DNA of 64,000 nucleotides, taken from positions 6,966 to 70,965 of IMG/VR virus record IMGVR_UViG_3300032050_000093; one strand, 5' to 3'. Under the pieces are notes generated by a model, which was not told the origin of the DNA, did not search any database, and saw only the letters and a list, made by a program, of their open reading frames with translations. The position numbers and the translations under genes are program-made. The DNA comes from a virus. Below, in pieces: positions 49,263-59,089 of this stretch. Positions within the stretch are counted from its first letter, which is position 1. Each line of letters starts with the position of its first letter.

Positions 49263-50882
49263 TTAGAATGATCCACCAGTTACAGGGTTTCTCATAACAA
49301 TCTTCAACACCTTGGTAGGATCTTTCACCCAAATTGCAGGCATTGTTTGTGTCATGAATACTCTATAACCATTGAATTGTCCACTAGATTGGAATCCTTG
49401 AGTACGACCCATGTAGTCCATAGTACCATTTTGGTAGAACCACTTAAGTTGATTATCCCAAGAAAGTTTCAACAAGTAGATGTTATCGTTTGTATTATCA
49501 GTGATATCAAAGATAATAAAGTTGTAAGAAGACAGAGGGAAACCATCGATGATTGGATTCTCAATATCGTTAGTGTGTACATTATCAAATGCAGGATTCA
49601 GTACAAACTTAACGTTAGCCAAGAAAGGAATTACGTAGCTAGTGTAGGCAAATCCAAAGTTAAGATCCATACCTTTACCAGTTACAGCTCCAAGTTCATG
49701 AGCATTAAGAACCAAACCAGAATTAACAGCTTCTTTCTTAATAGCTTCGTTAACAAGCTTCATACCACCAATACCAGTTTGAACAATCAAAGAACGTTGA
49801 GGATCTGGACCTTTGAACTCCACACGACCGTTGAAGAAGTTAAAGATTTCAGATTTAAACAGATCAAGATTGAAAGAACCACGGTTGTAAATACGCTTGT
49901 AAGAGTTATCAAGTTGCTTCCAAAGACCTACAGAAAGACGAAGATCATCTGGACCATCTTGCTTAATACGTCCACCTTGTCCCCACATCAAGTAGGTTTC
50001 GATGTCATTAGCAATTTTAGTTAAGTGAGCAGCTTCCAAAGTAGTCAAGAAAGTACGAGTAAGTTGTCCTGATTGATAAGCTTTCTTTACATAATCCTTA
50101 CCAAGTTTAGCAGCCATATCTTCAAGGCTAGTAATAGAAGGATCAGAAGTTTTTTCAAAGTTTCTCCAAAGTTCAATTACAGGTACAGTTCCATCAGCTT
50201 TCAAACCACCTTTCATCATAAGGTCAGCACGAGAAGAAATAGAATAGTGTACGTGAGCTTCAGCACCACCTACGTAGTTATAGAACTCACGGAAACCTGC
50301 GCGAACATCTCCAAGATCAGAGAAACGCTCACCATATTCTCCACGAGCACTACCTTTACGAAATACCTTTGTTCCAACTTTCAAATATTTGTTATCCAAA
50401 TATTTAGTGTTGTCATTGTTTACAAGTTGTACTGTGTAAACAAAACCATCGTTTGTAGGAATAACATCATCTGCTGTGATGTACATTTCCACACCGTTAT
50501 ATTTGTCATAAGTGATGATATCACCATGTCCAAACATACGTCTGTTTAACTTGATTTTAAATGTTTGACCATCAATACCTTTGTTTTGGTTCTCTGCTTC
50601 AATATCTTCTACAATGTAAGGAAGATCTTGTGCAACAGGGATTTGCCACTTGTATTCACCACGTGCGTTATCGACCATGATGACATTTTTACCACCAAAG
50701 CTAGACATTTGATAAAGAGGCATTTCTACCTTTTGAGCCATAGCCCAAAGATCAACAGGACCCAAATCAGTAGGTTCTGCACTCTTCAACATGTTCACCA
50801 GGTGATATGAATCTACGTGAGAGCTAGAGTGATACTGCGTGTCACGTAGGAAAATACCATTGTTTAAAACTGGAGTACTCAT
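49263..50882 (-). CDS. Major capsid protein (crAss-like, HK97 fold)
   Basis: 539 aa in the canonical terminase-portal-scaffold-MCP order. C-terminal IWVKDPTK motif. Codon usage shifted toward C-ending codons. Confidence 0.85.
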   Translation of the reverse strand: MSTPVLNNGIFLRDTQYHSSSHVDSYHLVNMLKSAEPTDLGPVDLWAMAQKVEMPLYQMSSFGGKNVIMVDNARGEYKWQIPVAQDLPYIVEDIEAENQNKGIDGQTFKIKLNRRMFGHGDIITYDKYNGVEMYITADDVIPTNDGFVYTVQLVNNDNTKYLDNKYLKVGTKVFRKGSARGEYGERFSDLGDVRAGFREFYNYVGGAEAHVHYSISSRADLMMKGGLKADGTVPVIELWRNFEKTSDPSITSLEDMAAKLGKDYVKKAYQSGQLTRTFLTTLEAAHLTKIANDIETYLMWGQGGRIKQDGPDDLRLSVGLWKQLDNSYKRIYNRGSFNLDLFKSEIFNFFNGRVEFKGPDPQRSLIVQTGIGGMKLVNEAIKKEAVNSGLVLNAHELGAVTGKGMDLNFGFAYTSYVIPFLANVKFVLNPAFDNVHTNDIENPIIDGFPLSSYNFIIFDITDNTNDNIYLLKLSWDNQLKWFYQNGTMDYMGRTQGFQSSGQFNGYRVFMTQTMPAIWVKDPTKVLKIVMRNPVTGGSF

Positions 50883-50911
50883 TTTTTGTTTTTTAAGGGT
50901 TTAGAATTTAA

Positions 50912-52177
50912 TTAACGTTTAAATATATTTTGCGGTTTTGCAATCTTTCTTTGTCTTGGCTCATCTTCTTCATAATATGTTGAAGTATTTTTACGAGCTT
51001 GCTCAGTTTTCAACTGCCTCACTGTTTGTTCTACAGCAGCATTTTTACCTTGTTTTTTAAGTTCATTTCTATATCCATCAGGATCAGAAAGTAACCAAAG
51101 AGCTTCTGCAATAAGAGGATAATTAGGATCAACAAACTGATATTTTTCTAAAAGATGACCTAAAAGATTTGTAGGTCTACCTTGTACAGATTGATATTGA
51201 GGTTGTACTAATCCTGTATATAAAAGAGCTTGTGTTTTTTTATCAAGTTTAAGACCATTAATTTCAGCTGGTCTTAATGCTTCAAACACATTTTGCATAT
51301 ATGCTTCAGCAGCTTGTTCTTGTTGTTGTTTTCTATATTCTTGTTCCTGAATTTTCGATCTAACAATTTCTTCTTGCATTTGATCGAGCTTTGGTTTAAA
51401 CTGCTTAGCCTTTTTTTCCAAAGCTCCAATATCACGCCATGTTTGCAATTCTTCATCAATTTCTTCTTCTGTTCCAAAATTAGTAGCTTGCAAATATGAT
51501 CTTACAATATATTCTTGATCGCTATCATTTTTAGGATTTAAAGATCTAACATCTTCCACTTGTGCAAGTGCTAAAAATAATCCTTTAAGATCGTCACCTC
51601 CATCTGCAACATATTTTGCTGCATATTGTAATTCTTCTGGAAGTGATTCAAAGAACTCTTGAGGTGTATTTGAAGCTACCTCTTGCTTTATATTATCTAT
51701 GTTTGCTTTCCAAAGATCTTCAATATCTTTTTCACCAAGCTTTCCAAGATAATCATCTAACGATTCTTTCTTTTCATCATAATCATCAAAAGCAAATAAT
51801 TCGTTTGATTCAATGCGTTTTTTGAGAAACTCAACTAAACCAGATTTATCTGTTCGAGGTCTTCCTCGATCAGATTTTGTTTTTTCTAATTCTTCATCTT
51901 CATCTTTTGCCAAAAATTCTTTGTCAAGTTCTTTAAATACTTCTTTGGCTTTTTCCTTTGTTTCTTCATCAGATTCATTAGAATTTTCATCATTGCTATC
52001 TTCTTTATCTAAAAAACTAAGATCTTGTTTTTTAGAAGAAAATATGTTTGGTTTTTCATCGCTTTCTTCTTTAGTTGGTGTTATTACACTATCGGCACCA
52101 GGAGTACCTAACCAGCTATCGATATCTACATCTACTTGTTGTACAGATGTTTGTACATTTGATTGATTATCACTCAT
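50912..52177 (-). CDS. Acidic scaffold-like protein (crAss gene between portal and MCP)
   Basis: 421 aa, very acidic N-terminus, coiled coil. Confidence 0.65.
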   Translation of the reverse strand: MSDNQSNVQTSVQQVDVDIDSWLGTPGADSVITPTKEESDEKPNIFSSKKQDLSFLDKEDSNDENSNESDEETKEKAKEVFKELDKEFLAKDEDEELEKTKSDRGRPRTDKSGLVEFLKKRIESNELFAFDDYDEKKESLDDYLGKLGEKDIEDLWKANIDNIKQEVASNTPQEFFESLPEELQYAAKYVADGGDDLKGLFLALAQVEDVRSLNPKNDSDQEYIVRSYLQATNFGTEEEIDEELQTWRDIGALEKKAKQFKPKLDQMQEEIVRSKIQEQEYRKQQQEQAAEAYMQNVFEALRPAEINGLKLDKKTQALLYTGLVQPQYQSVQGRPTNLLGHLLEKYQFVDPNYPLIAEALWLLSDPDGYRNELKKQGKNAAVEQTVRQLKTEQARKNTSTYYEEDEPRQRKIAKPQNIFKR

Positions 52178-52202
52178 ATTGTTGGTTTTTAAGTTAGAAA
52201 TC

Positions 52203-52224
52203 TATACATTAAAAATATACAAAA
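52203..52224 (-). promoter_or_regulatory. Putative late promoter
   Basis: Minus strand tttGTATATTTTTAATgtata. Confidence 0.45.
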
Positions 52225-52289
52225 TAAATTTTAAAAATTTACTTTGTAATTTCAAAAACTATCAAAGCACTGGATAATAGCGCTATAAT

Positions 52290-55043
52290 TTATTTTTTCT
52301 TATTTGAAGAACTTTTAGAATCGTATTTATTCTTGTTTTCTTTAGCTATTTGAAGTTGTTTATCAGCAATTTCACGTTGAGTTTGTAAACGCTGTCTTTC
52401 AATATCTAGCTTTTGTTCTCCTTGTTCTTTTTTAGTAAGTTCAGATTCACGTTTAAGATTCATCTGATCATAGTATTGTTGCTGATCTTGGATTTTACTC
52501 ATCGCATCTAAATAATCAGATTGCTTGTTTTCATTTATATCAACTTGAGCACCATATCCAGCAGCACGAATTTCAGCAACAGTAATGTCTTTTTGTCTAT
52601 CAAGATCAGCTTGTTCAGCTTTAAATTGAAGATCCATTTGTTTTTGTTTTTCCATGGATGCCATTTGATCTTGTTGCATTTTTTGCTGATGCTGTTGTTC
52701 AGATTGCTTAGCCTGAATTGTTTTTTCTTCAGCAGCTTTAAGAACATTTGTAAGTTCAGCAATAGATTCAGATTTAATTACATTACCAAGATCATAAATA
52801 GAAGCACCTGTTGTATTATTTTGAATAGCTAATTGTTTAAGCTGTTCCATAATAGAACGAGTGTTTGTTTTTGTAGTACAATAAACATTTAAATCTCTTA
52901 ACAATAAATCAGTACCATGAATGTTAAAATTTACTTTTTCATCTTTGGTAGTCATATATTGTAAACGTAAACTTGGTTTTTTAGAATGATAATATTGTGC
53001 AAGATCTGTACGCATTTGATGTACACGTGGCATTAAATTATCACTATGTTGTGTAAAGTATTGTTCAGTTTGAGCATAGCTAGCATTCATTGCTTGCTCT
53101 ACACCTGTAGCAGTTTGTTGTTGAGCAATTTGCTGACCCATACGCTGCTGATTCAAACCAATCACTTCAAAAGCTTGTTGTTTAAAATAATTAGCAAGTT
53201 GTATCCTAGACATCAAACGTTGTGTTTGCTCTAGATTTAACACTTGATAATGTTGAAATGATAATGGATTTTCTGTATTTGTAATAGTGGTATCAAGAGG
53301 TAACATTTGGAAGTTCTTCATTGCTACATAAGCTTTTGCCAAATTATTCTTACCCCAGTCTTCTCCAAGAGAGTGACGAGGAAGAGCATTCTGGTCAAGC
53401 ATAATCACTGTACCAAGTTCATCTACAAGAATATCAGCTATTTGATTATTTACAATATTGTACCCAATTTGGTAAGGCTTCATTAAGTCCACAAGACTTA
53501 TTGATCGTGTATTGCGATCACCAAACACCGCACCTTCTACAGGAAGTTTGCATCCATAAAGAGTTTGATCACCTTTAAATTGAAAAGGCACTCTACCTGG
53601 TTTTCCACCATTCATTCCAATATAGATGGGATTAATACCACCCATGTTATTCATACCCCAAAATGCAGGACGATTAGGACCAATTTTAACTCCACCCCAT
53701 GTTTCATTAATCCAAATCCAATCTATATGATCACCAAATATTAAATTTTCTTTTGATTTTTGTTTATAAATTGTAGTGTTATATATGGGTTTATCTACAA
53801 CCTTAAAATCTTCAGAAACAATTTCTTGTATAATTTCACCTTCTTCAGTAATTCTAGTGAGGTGCCCCACCTTACGTTGTGATTTCCAATATATTGTAGA
53901 AACCCTAAGAAGATAGTTTTGACCAAAATCAGCAAAATCTTCTGAATCAGAAAGTATCATATGTATGATATCTCCTTGACCAAAGAATTTACTATCATAC
54001 AATGACATAAATTGTCTATACCCAAGACTAGGCATTTTAACATTCCAGTCATGAGATTTTGTTGCATCATAAAAAGATCCATCATTTTGTTGACCAGGAA
54101 TCATATAACCAGCAGAACGAATTGGATAGATGGCTTCAAGAGCTTCCATTTGATCCTGTGTCATCATCCAACCATACTTATCAATTACATCAGCTACAGT
54201 GAGAAGATCAATTCTTCCTACCCAGTTACCTTGTGATATGTATCTTGCATCTGGAGACTTATGATAAAAAGTTAGAAGAGGATTCCAAAGTTCAAGTTCG
54301 TAATCATCTTCCATCATATGAAAATGCCAAAACTCTCTATCTGTAATAAGCATGTCTCTAAATCCACGCTCTTCAAGTTCTTGCATTTTAAATCTTTCCT
54401 CATCATTAGCCATTTGATGAGATGCCCATTGTTCAACTAATGATTTATAATCTTTTCTAAAAAACTGTTCTATTTCAGGAAGTTTTTTAATTGCTTCAGT
54501 ATCAAGCTGTTGATTCTTTTCTTCTTCAGATAATTCAACACCTTCTTCAAGTTTTTTAGATATTACAATTCTTTTAGCATCTTCTAAAAGAACGTCTTCA
54601 ATCATTTGTCTTTTAGCCTCTAACATTTCATTATACGAAATGTCATCAACAGCTTTAAACATTATACGTGAACTGCGCTTTGAAAACTCATTACAAAGCA
54701 CATTTACAACACTAGGAATAATAGGATAGAATTTAAGTTCAAATGCTGATACATCTTCTTTTGTAAGAGTGTCAATAAGATCAGCCATTTCGTTATCTTC
54801 CTCAACAATGTAATCTGTTTTATCTATAATACCTCTTGCAAGCTTGTAGTTTTTCATTAGACGTCTAGCATTACGTCTAAGTTGTTTTAACCCTTGCCAT
54901 TCTAACCAATCTAAATTCCAAGCTCTCCACGCATCATCTTTTTCTTTTTCTGAAAGAAACTGTATAGGTTGAGTGAGTGTACCCATTTTGGTGTATTCAC
55001 TCTTTTTCCCACTTTTTAGGTCTAATGCGTTATAAACTTGCAT
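52290..55043 (-). CDS. Portal protein
   Basis: 917 aa. FYPIIP.VVN.L, YWKS, SLVDLMKPYQ, QRMGQ..TATGVEQ motifs and long C-terminal coiled barrel typical of crAss-like portals. Confidence 0.9.
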   Translation of the reverse strand: MQVYNALDLKSGKKSEYTKMGTLTQPIQFLSEKEKDDAWRAWNLDWLEWQGLKQLRRNARRLMKNYKLARGIIDKTDYIVEEDNEMADLIDTLTKEDVSAFELKFYPIIPSVVNVLCNEFSKRSSRIMFKAVDDISYNEMLEAKRQMIEDVLLEDAKRIVISKKLEEGVELSEEEKNQQLDTEAIKKLPEIEQFFRKDYKSLVEQWASHQMANDEERFKMQELEERGFRDMLITDREFWHFHMMEDDYELELWNPLLTFYHKSPDARYISQGNWVGRIDLLTVADVIDKYGWMMTQDQMEALEAIYPIRSAGYMIPGQQNDGSFYDATKSHDWNVKMPSLGYRQFMSLYDSKFFGQGDIIHMILSDSEDFADFGQNYLLRVSTIYWKSQRKVGHLTRITEEGEIIQEIVSEDFKVVDKPIYNTTIYKQKSKENLIFGDHIDWIWINETWGGVKIGPNRPAFWGMNNMGGINPIYIGMNGGKPGRVPFQFKGDQTLYGCKLPVEGAVFGDRNTRSISLVDLMKPYQIGYNIVNNQIADILVDELGTVIMLDQNALPRHSLGEDWGKNNLAKAYVAMKNFQMLPLDTTITNTENPLSFQHYQVLNLEQTQRLMSRIQLANYFKQQAFEVIGLNQQRMGQQIAQQQTATGVEQAMNASYAQTEQYFTQHSDNLMPRVHQMRTDLAQYYHSKKPSLRLQYMTTKDEKVNFNIHGTDLLLRDLNVYCTTKTNTRSIMEQLKQLAIQNNTTGASIYDLGNVIKSESIAELTNVLKAAEEKTIQAKQSEQQHQQKMQQDQMASMEKQKQMDLQFKAEQADLDRQKDITVAEIRAAGYGAQVDINENKQSDYLDAMSKIQDQQQYYDQMNLKRESELTKKEQGEQKLDIERQRLQTQREIADKQLQIAKENKNKYDSKSSSNKKK

Positions 55044-55061
55044 TTATATTAATTTATAGTA

Positions 55062-55235
55062 TCAAGAAAAAAATAATACAGAATTTTTATTTATTGGATA
55101 TGTATAGGTGCTTGTCCAATAGTTTATAATTCTGTTTTCAAATTTAGAAGATTCTGTAGAATCTAAAAGAACAAGAGCTTCTTTTAATGTAATTGCATTT
55201 TGTTTAATAAGTTTTTCTAAAATTTCTATTTTCAT
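55062..55235 (-). CDS. Small hypothetical protein (57 aa, not in ORF track)
   Basis: MKIEILEKLIKQNAITLKEALVLL... ATG overlaps the terminase stop (TAATG). Confidence 0.4.
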   Translation of the reverse strand: MKIEILEKLIKQNAITLKEALVLLDSTESSKFENRIINYWTSTYTYPINKNSVLFFS

Positions 55236-57436
55236 TATCTTATGTTTTTAAAAGCATTACGTTTTGGTAAACTCATAGAGTTTAAACCTCCATGTTGTTT
55301 ACCTATATGTCTAAACGCTCCCCAATTTAATTTACTAAATTTCTGTGAATTTTCCAACTTTTCTTTTGTCTCTATTCGTTTAGCATATCCTCTATTAGAA
55401 TGTTGTATTTTTGCAAAAGCAACTAATGCGCAAAATGCCACAAGTCTATCCACGTTTAATCCTTCTCTATATGCTTGCATTTCTTTAAGAAGCATAGGAT
55501 CAGGAATACGTTCTACACCATATATTGTTTTTACAATTGTACCATCAGCAAGTGTTTCATAATCTAATTCTTCTTGTAAGAACTCAATACCATACGAAAG
55601 TATATTTCCTTTAAATAGTGTACCAACATTTTTCCATCCATATTGTTGAAACACATTTTGGTTAGCTTTTAAATCTCTAAGAAACGACACCATATCTTTT
55701 GGTACAAGATATCGCTGTTTCTTTTTAGAAATCATATACTGTATAAACAAAGCTACGTTATTCTCTACTAATGTCCAAGCATTATACCACTCAATCATCA
55801 TTTCCAAACGCTCATGTGTTTTATTAATATCATCAAATCTACCACACCAGCTTGCAACTATTTTATCGCGTTCTATAACATTTTTAACTTTACCATCTCC
55901 ATCGTCTGTTATAACTTCAACTGCATTTTTTAAAATGTATATTGCACAAAGAGAATCAGATGTGGTTGTTTTACCTTCACCTACAGGATCTATAGAAGCA
56001 TAATACATACCAAATGTAGGATCTTTACAAGGACGTTCATATACACAAATAACACCTTCTTTGTTATCAGTTTTCTTAGAAATAGGAAACTCAGATATTG
56101 GAATTTTATTTGAGTTATTTGCAATTATTTTACCTTCAGCATTTTTAGATAGGTCTAAATATTCTACAGAATATTCTTTATCATTAATACGTTGTAATTG
56201 TTTTGCTACAAGATGAGGAGGAAAGACACTTACTTTTCTAGAAGCAAAAGCTTCCTCTATATTACGAGGATGCTGAGAAACTGTAAGTTGATATGCTTCT
56301 GGTGTAAGTTTTTTCTTTGCTTTTTCAAATTCTTCTTGCAATGCTTGTAATGCTTCTTCTACTCTAGAATTACCATAATTATCTATATATGGAGGCATGC
56401 TCCATTGTTCAGGAATAAAAAGTCCTGTTAATGCTATTGTACCATCGCTATCTAATAAATTACTTTCAACACCATAAAAGCCATTCTCATCAGGATTGAG
56501 AATATATTCTTTCATGGGTTCACACTGATCAAGGTCACCCACTGATCCAGCTGCAATAAATTGTCCTGTAATAATATGACCTGATTTAAGAGCTGGTTTC
56601 ATAAACCCATAAGTATCATCCATCTTAGGAGCAATACCAGCTTCCTCATGAAAGAAATAAGTTACAGGTCCACCCACACCATGTGTAGGATCTTTCTCAA
56701 ATGAATAAAGATTAATAGTGGATTTATTACCCTTGTAAGTGTCTCTACCATTAATCCTCACTTTAATTTGTTGTTGCCATGCTCCAACCTTTTCAGGTTC
56801 TGATGGTCTATACCATGCTGTGTGTTCATTAAGAAAGTTCTTATACTCATTTAAAAACTTCCATGAACCTTTTTCATTTATGTAGTCTTTTAAACTAGCA
56901 CCTATCTTTAACACAGCACCTTCTTCAAACCAGTATTGGTTTATAAGTTTAGCCATGTGAAAATATGAACTAGCAATCTGACGTTTCTTTAAAATAATAG
57001 CATGTTTCCAATGAAGTTCAGCTAATATTTCGTAGAGTGCCATGTGGTATTGCGCATCACGTACCTTTGCAAAATCGAAGCGCTTTTCCTCCTTATCATA
57101 GATAGGAAGAAAATTAAGCCACATATAATAATCACGAGTGATATACCAAGTATCACTTTTAGAGCGTACAATAATACCATTACGACATTTGACTTTCTGG
57201 TCATCCCAATAAATTATAAAATCTTTTGTTTTTACAGGAGCATTGCAATAGTATTTTTGTTTTTGAAACTTACGTGCTTCTGCATTAAATATTAAACTAT
57301 CTTCATTAAAATTGTATTTACCTGGTTCCTTAAATAATGGAACAAGAAAATCTCTAAACTCTTCACGTGTGTTAAATATCGTGGTAGTCCATACACCATT
57401 ATCATAAGTGGGAACTTCTTTGTAAATATTATCCAT
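55235..57436 (-). CDS. terL: Terminase large subunit
   Basis: Walker A-like LKKRQIASSY, Walker B FFHEEAG, GSVG coupling motif, nuclease SIDPV, VENN and NVDR motifs. Confidence 0.92.
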   Translation of the reverse strand: MDNIYKEVPTYDNGVWTTTIFNTREEFRDFLVPLFKEPGKYNFNEDSLIFNAEARKFQKQKYYCNAPVKTKDFIIYWDDQKVKCRNGIIVRSKSDTWYITRDYYMWLNFLPIYDKEEKRFDFAKVRDAQYHMALYEILAELHWKHAIILKKRQIASSYFHMAKLINQYWFEEGAVLKIGASLKDYINEKGSWKFLNEYKNFLNEHTAWYRPSEPEKVGAWQQQIKVRINGRDTYKGNKSTINLYSFEKDPTHGVGGPVTYFFHEEAGIAPKMDDTYGFMKPALKSGHIITGQFIAAGSVGDLDQCEPMKEYILNPDENGFYGVESNLLDSDGTIALTGLFIPEQWSMPPYIDNYGNSRVEEALQALQEEFEKAKKKLTPEAYQLTVSQHPRNIEEAFASRKVSVFPPHLVAKQLQRINDKEYSVEYLDLSKNAEGKIIANNSNKIPISEFPISKKTDNKEGVICVYERPCKDPTFGMYYASIDPVGEGKTTTSDSLCAIYILKNAVEVITDDGDGKVKNVIERDKIVASWCGRFDDINKTHERLEMMIEWYNAWTLVENNVALFIQYMISKKKQRYLVPKDMVSFLRDLKANQNVFQQYGWKNVGTLFKGNILSYGIEFLQEELDYETLADGTIVKTIYGVERIPDPMLLKEMQAYREGLNVDRLVAFCALVAFAKIQHSNRGYAKRIETKEKLENSQKFSKLNWGAFRHIGKQHGGLNSMSLPKRNAFKNIR

Positions 57437-57704
57437 TTACTATTTTTTCTATTTCTTCTGGAGATCCTTTTGTTTTATATAAAAGATCTTTTAGATCTGA
57501 GATATTTTTACTTTTAATACATCTATTACAATCTAACTTATCCCAATACTTCATATAATCATCTCTGTGAATTGCTGTCCAAATTTCAGTGAAAGGATTA
57601 TAATGAAATATCCAATTGTACATGAATGCATTACCTACATAATTTGGTTCATAATCTTGATAAGTTTCTTGTGCCATATAATTAAAATTTAGAGGTGGAT
57701 ACAA
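57429..57704 (-). CDS. Hypothetical protein
   Basis: NWIFHYNPFTEIWTAI. True start is probably MAQETY (about 57677), since the longer start overlaps the tRNA-Cys. Confidence 0.5.
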   Translation of the reverse strand: MYPPLNFNYMAQETYQDYEPNYVGNAFMYNWIFHYNPFTEIWTAIHRDDYMKYWDKLDCNRCIKSKNISDLKDLLYKTKGSPEEIEKIVNG

Positions 57705-57765
57705 GATTCGAACTTGTGCATCAAGCTTTTGCAGAGCCTTGCCTTACCAACTTGGCTAATCCACC
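57693..57765 (-). tRNA. trnC: tRNA-Cys(GCA)
   Basis: GGTGGAT/ATCCACC acceptor, anticodon arm AGGCT-CTGCAAA-AGCTT, T arm ACAAG-TTCGAAT-CTTGT, discriminator U73. CCA is not encoded. Confidence 0.9.
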
Positions 57766-57768
57766 ATG

Positions 57769-57875
57769 CTGTAGGGGTAGGAGTCGAACCTACATTTATG
57801 TCGCAATTATTTACCAAATTAGCGACATAAACCATCGAGACAAGATGGCGTGTTTGCCAATTTCACCACCCTACA
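57769..57875 (-). tRNA. Atypical tRNA-like RNA, anticodon GUC (Asp), with giant variable arm
   Basis: TGTAGGG/CCCTACA acceptor, D arm GTG-AAATTGGCAAA-CAC, anticodon arm CCATC-TTGTCTC-GATGG, 38-nt variable region, T arm GTAGG-TTCGACT-CCTAC, G73. Confidence 0.7.
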
Positions 57876-58003
57876 ATATTGCAACTTATTCTCTCGTCAG
57901 TAGGGAAGTTGCCAAACCCATCTAGCTTACGATCTAGCTCTCGTGGGGCGCTGTTCTTATGGGTAGCGTGAGAGGAACTACGACCCCGTGTACTTAGGGG
58001 ACA
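57876..58003 (-). ncRNA. Candidate structured RNA upstream of the tRNAs
   Basis: GC-rich intergenic with several hairpins (CCCC/GGGG, CGCT/AGCG within CTCTC/GAGAG, GCAACTT/AAGTTGC). Confidence 0.35.
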
Positions 58004-58004
58004 T

Positions 58005-59063
58005 TTATTTTAAAAAATTAAGCCATTCTCTTTTGGCTTTTTTAGAATAAGAAATTAAATTAATTTTATTCAATAATAGATTCATGCTTGGTTGATTATA
58101 AGCTCTTCTTAACACTCTTGCAATTTCATCACTATTGGTTGGATTTGCTTTATACAATGTATTTACCCAAGGTATTTCTTTACTAGAAATAACAGGTATT
58201 CCTTGACTAATAAAGTCAGCAGCAACAATGTTAAATGTTTCAGAAAAAGAAACTTGCATTCCAATATCCATTGTTGAACAAAGATTTAAGAACTCTTCTC
58301 TTTCAGCCCATTCGTGCTCAATTAACATGTGACCTTTATGAGCTTGATTTTGAAAAAATGCTTTTAGATTATTATAAACAGATAAACCATTTTGTTCTAT
58401 CCTTCCTACGTTAATATGAAATATTAATTTTTTATTTAATCTATCAGCAAATTTTACAGCAGCAATTGCTTGAGTCATGTGATTTTTTAAAGGGCGTATT
58501 GCTCCAAAACAACCAATATTAATGTATTCACTATTTTTAAAAGGAGATGCTGTTTTTTTTACAAATTTTTCAGGATAATAATTTGGAAGATTTATTACGT
58601 TATTTTCTTCTTTTATTGGCGTTAATGAATATTGTTGTTTTACATATAGTTGTAATTCGTTATGCATTTGTGGGGCATTGGTTGCAACTTTTACATTTAA
58701 ATATTTTGTATATTTTGCTATCCAATCAAATGCAATTCCTTCATTTGCCAAAAATGGTGTATTACTATGAATTCTAATTATCCATTTTACACGAGGATGT
58801 AATTTTTTTAATATTTCAAATTTTTCAGGCACAACCCACAAACCTTCAATAATTACGTGTGTGGGTTTAAACAATGTTACTTCTCTATCAATATCGTTGT
58901 TATCAATTACAACAATTAGTTTTGATTCTACTCTGTTTTTTTGTAACATATTTTTTACAAACATTGCAGAATTGTAAAGACCTGTTGTAAGTCCTTCATG
59001 GGAATAGTGTTCTACTCCATAATCTTCTCTTCTTTTTAGAATAAATAATACTTTCTTTTTCAT
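58005..59063 (-). CDS. GT4 (GT-B) glycosyltransferase
   Basis: IGCFGAIRPLKNH and SFSETFNIVAAD (E-x7-D/E) motifs. Confidence 0.8.
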   Translation of the reverse strand: MKKKVLFILKRREDYGVEHYSHEGLTTGLYNSAMFVKNMLQKNRVESKLIVVIDNNDIDREVTLFKPTHVIIEGLWVVPEKFEILKKLHPRVKWIIRIHSNTPFLANEGIAFDWIAKYTKYLNVKVATNAPQMHNELQLYVKQQYSLTPIKEENNVINLPNYYPEKFVKKTASPFKNSEYINIGCFGAIRPLKNHMTQAIAAVKFADRLNKKLIFHINVGRIEQNGLSVYNNLKAFFQNQAHKGHMLIEHEWAEREEFLNLCSTMDIGMQVSFSETFNIVAADFISQGIPVISSKEIPWVNTLYKANPTNSDEIARVLRRAYNQPSMNLLLNKINLISYSKKAKREWLNFLK

Positions 59064-59089
59064 TTTATGTTTGGGGTTTTAATTACATG

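Noticed and set aside
43995-50810. Long plus-strand ORFs (43995-44810, 49347-50024, 50073-50549)
   Set aside because: They are antisense shadows of strongly codon-biased structural genes with no recognisable motifs.
49263-57436. Introns or inteins in terminase, portal or MCP
   Set aside because: The ORFs are uninterrupted, of ordinary length, and show no intein or homing-endonuclease motifs.
57894-57900. CUGACGA as a hammerhead ribozyme core
   Set aside because: I could not find a stem II followed by GAAA or a matching stem III with a UH site.
57695-57925. 76 aa plus-strand ORF
   Set aside because: It is antisense to two tRNA-type genes, so most likely spurious.
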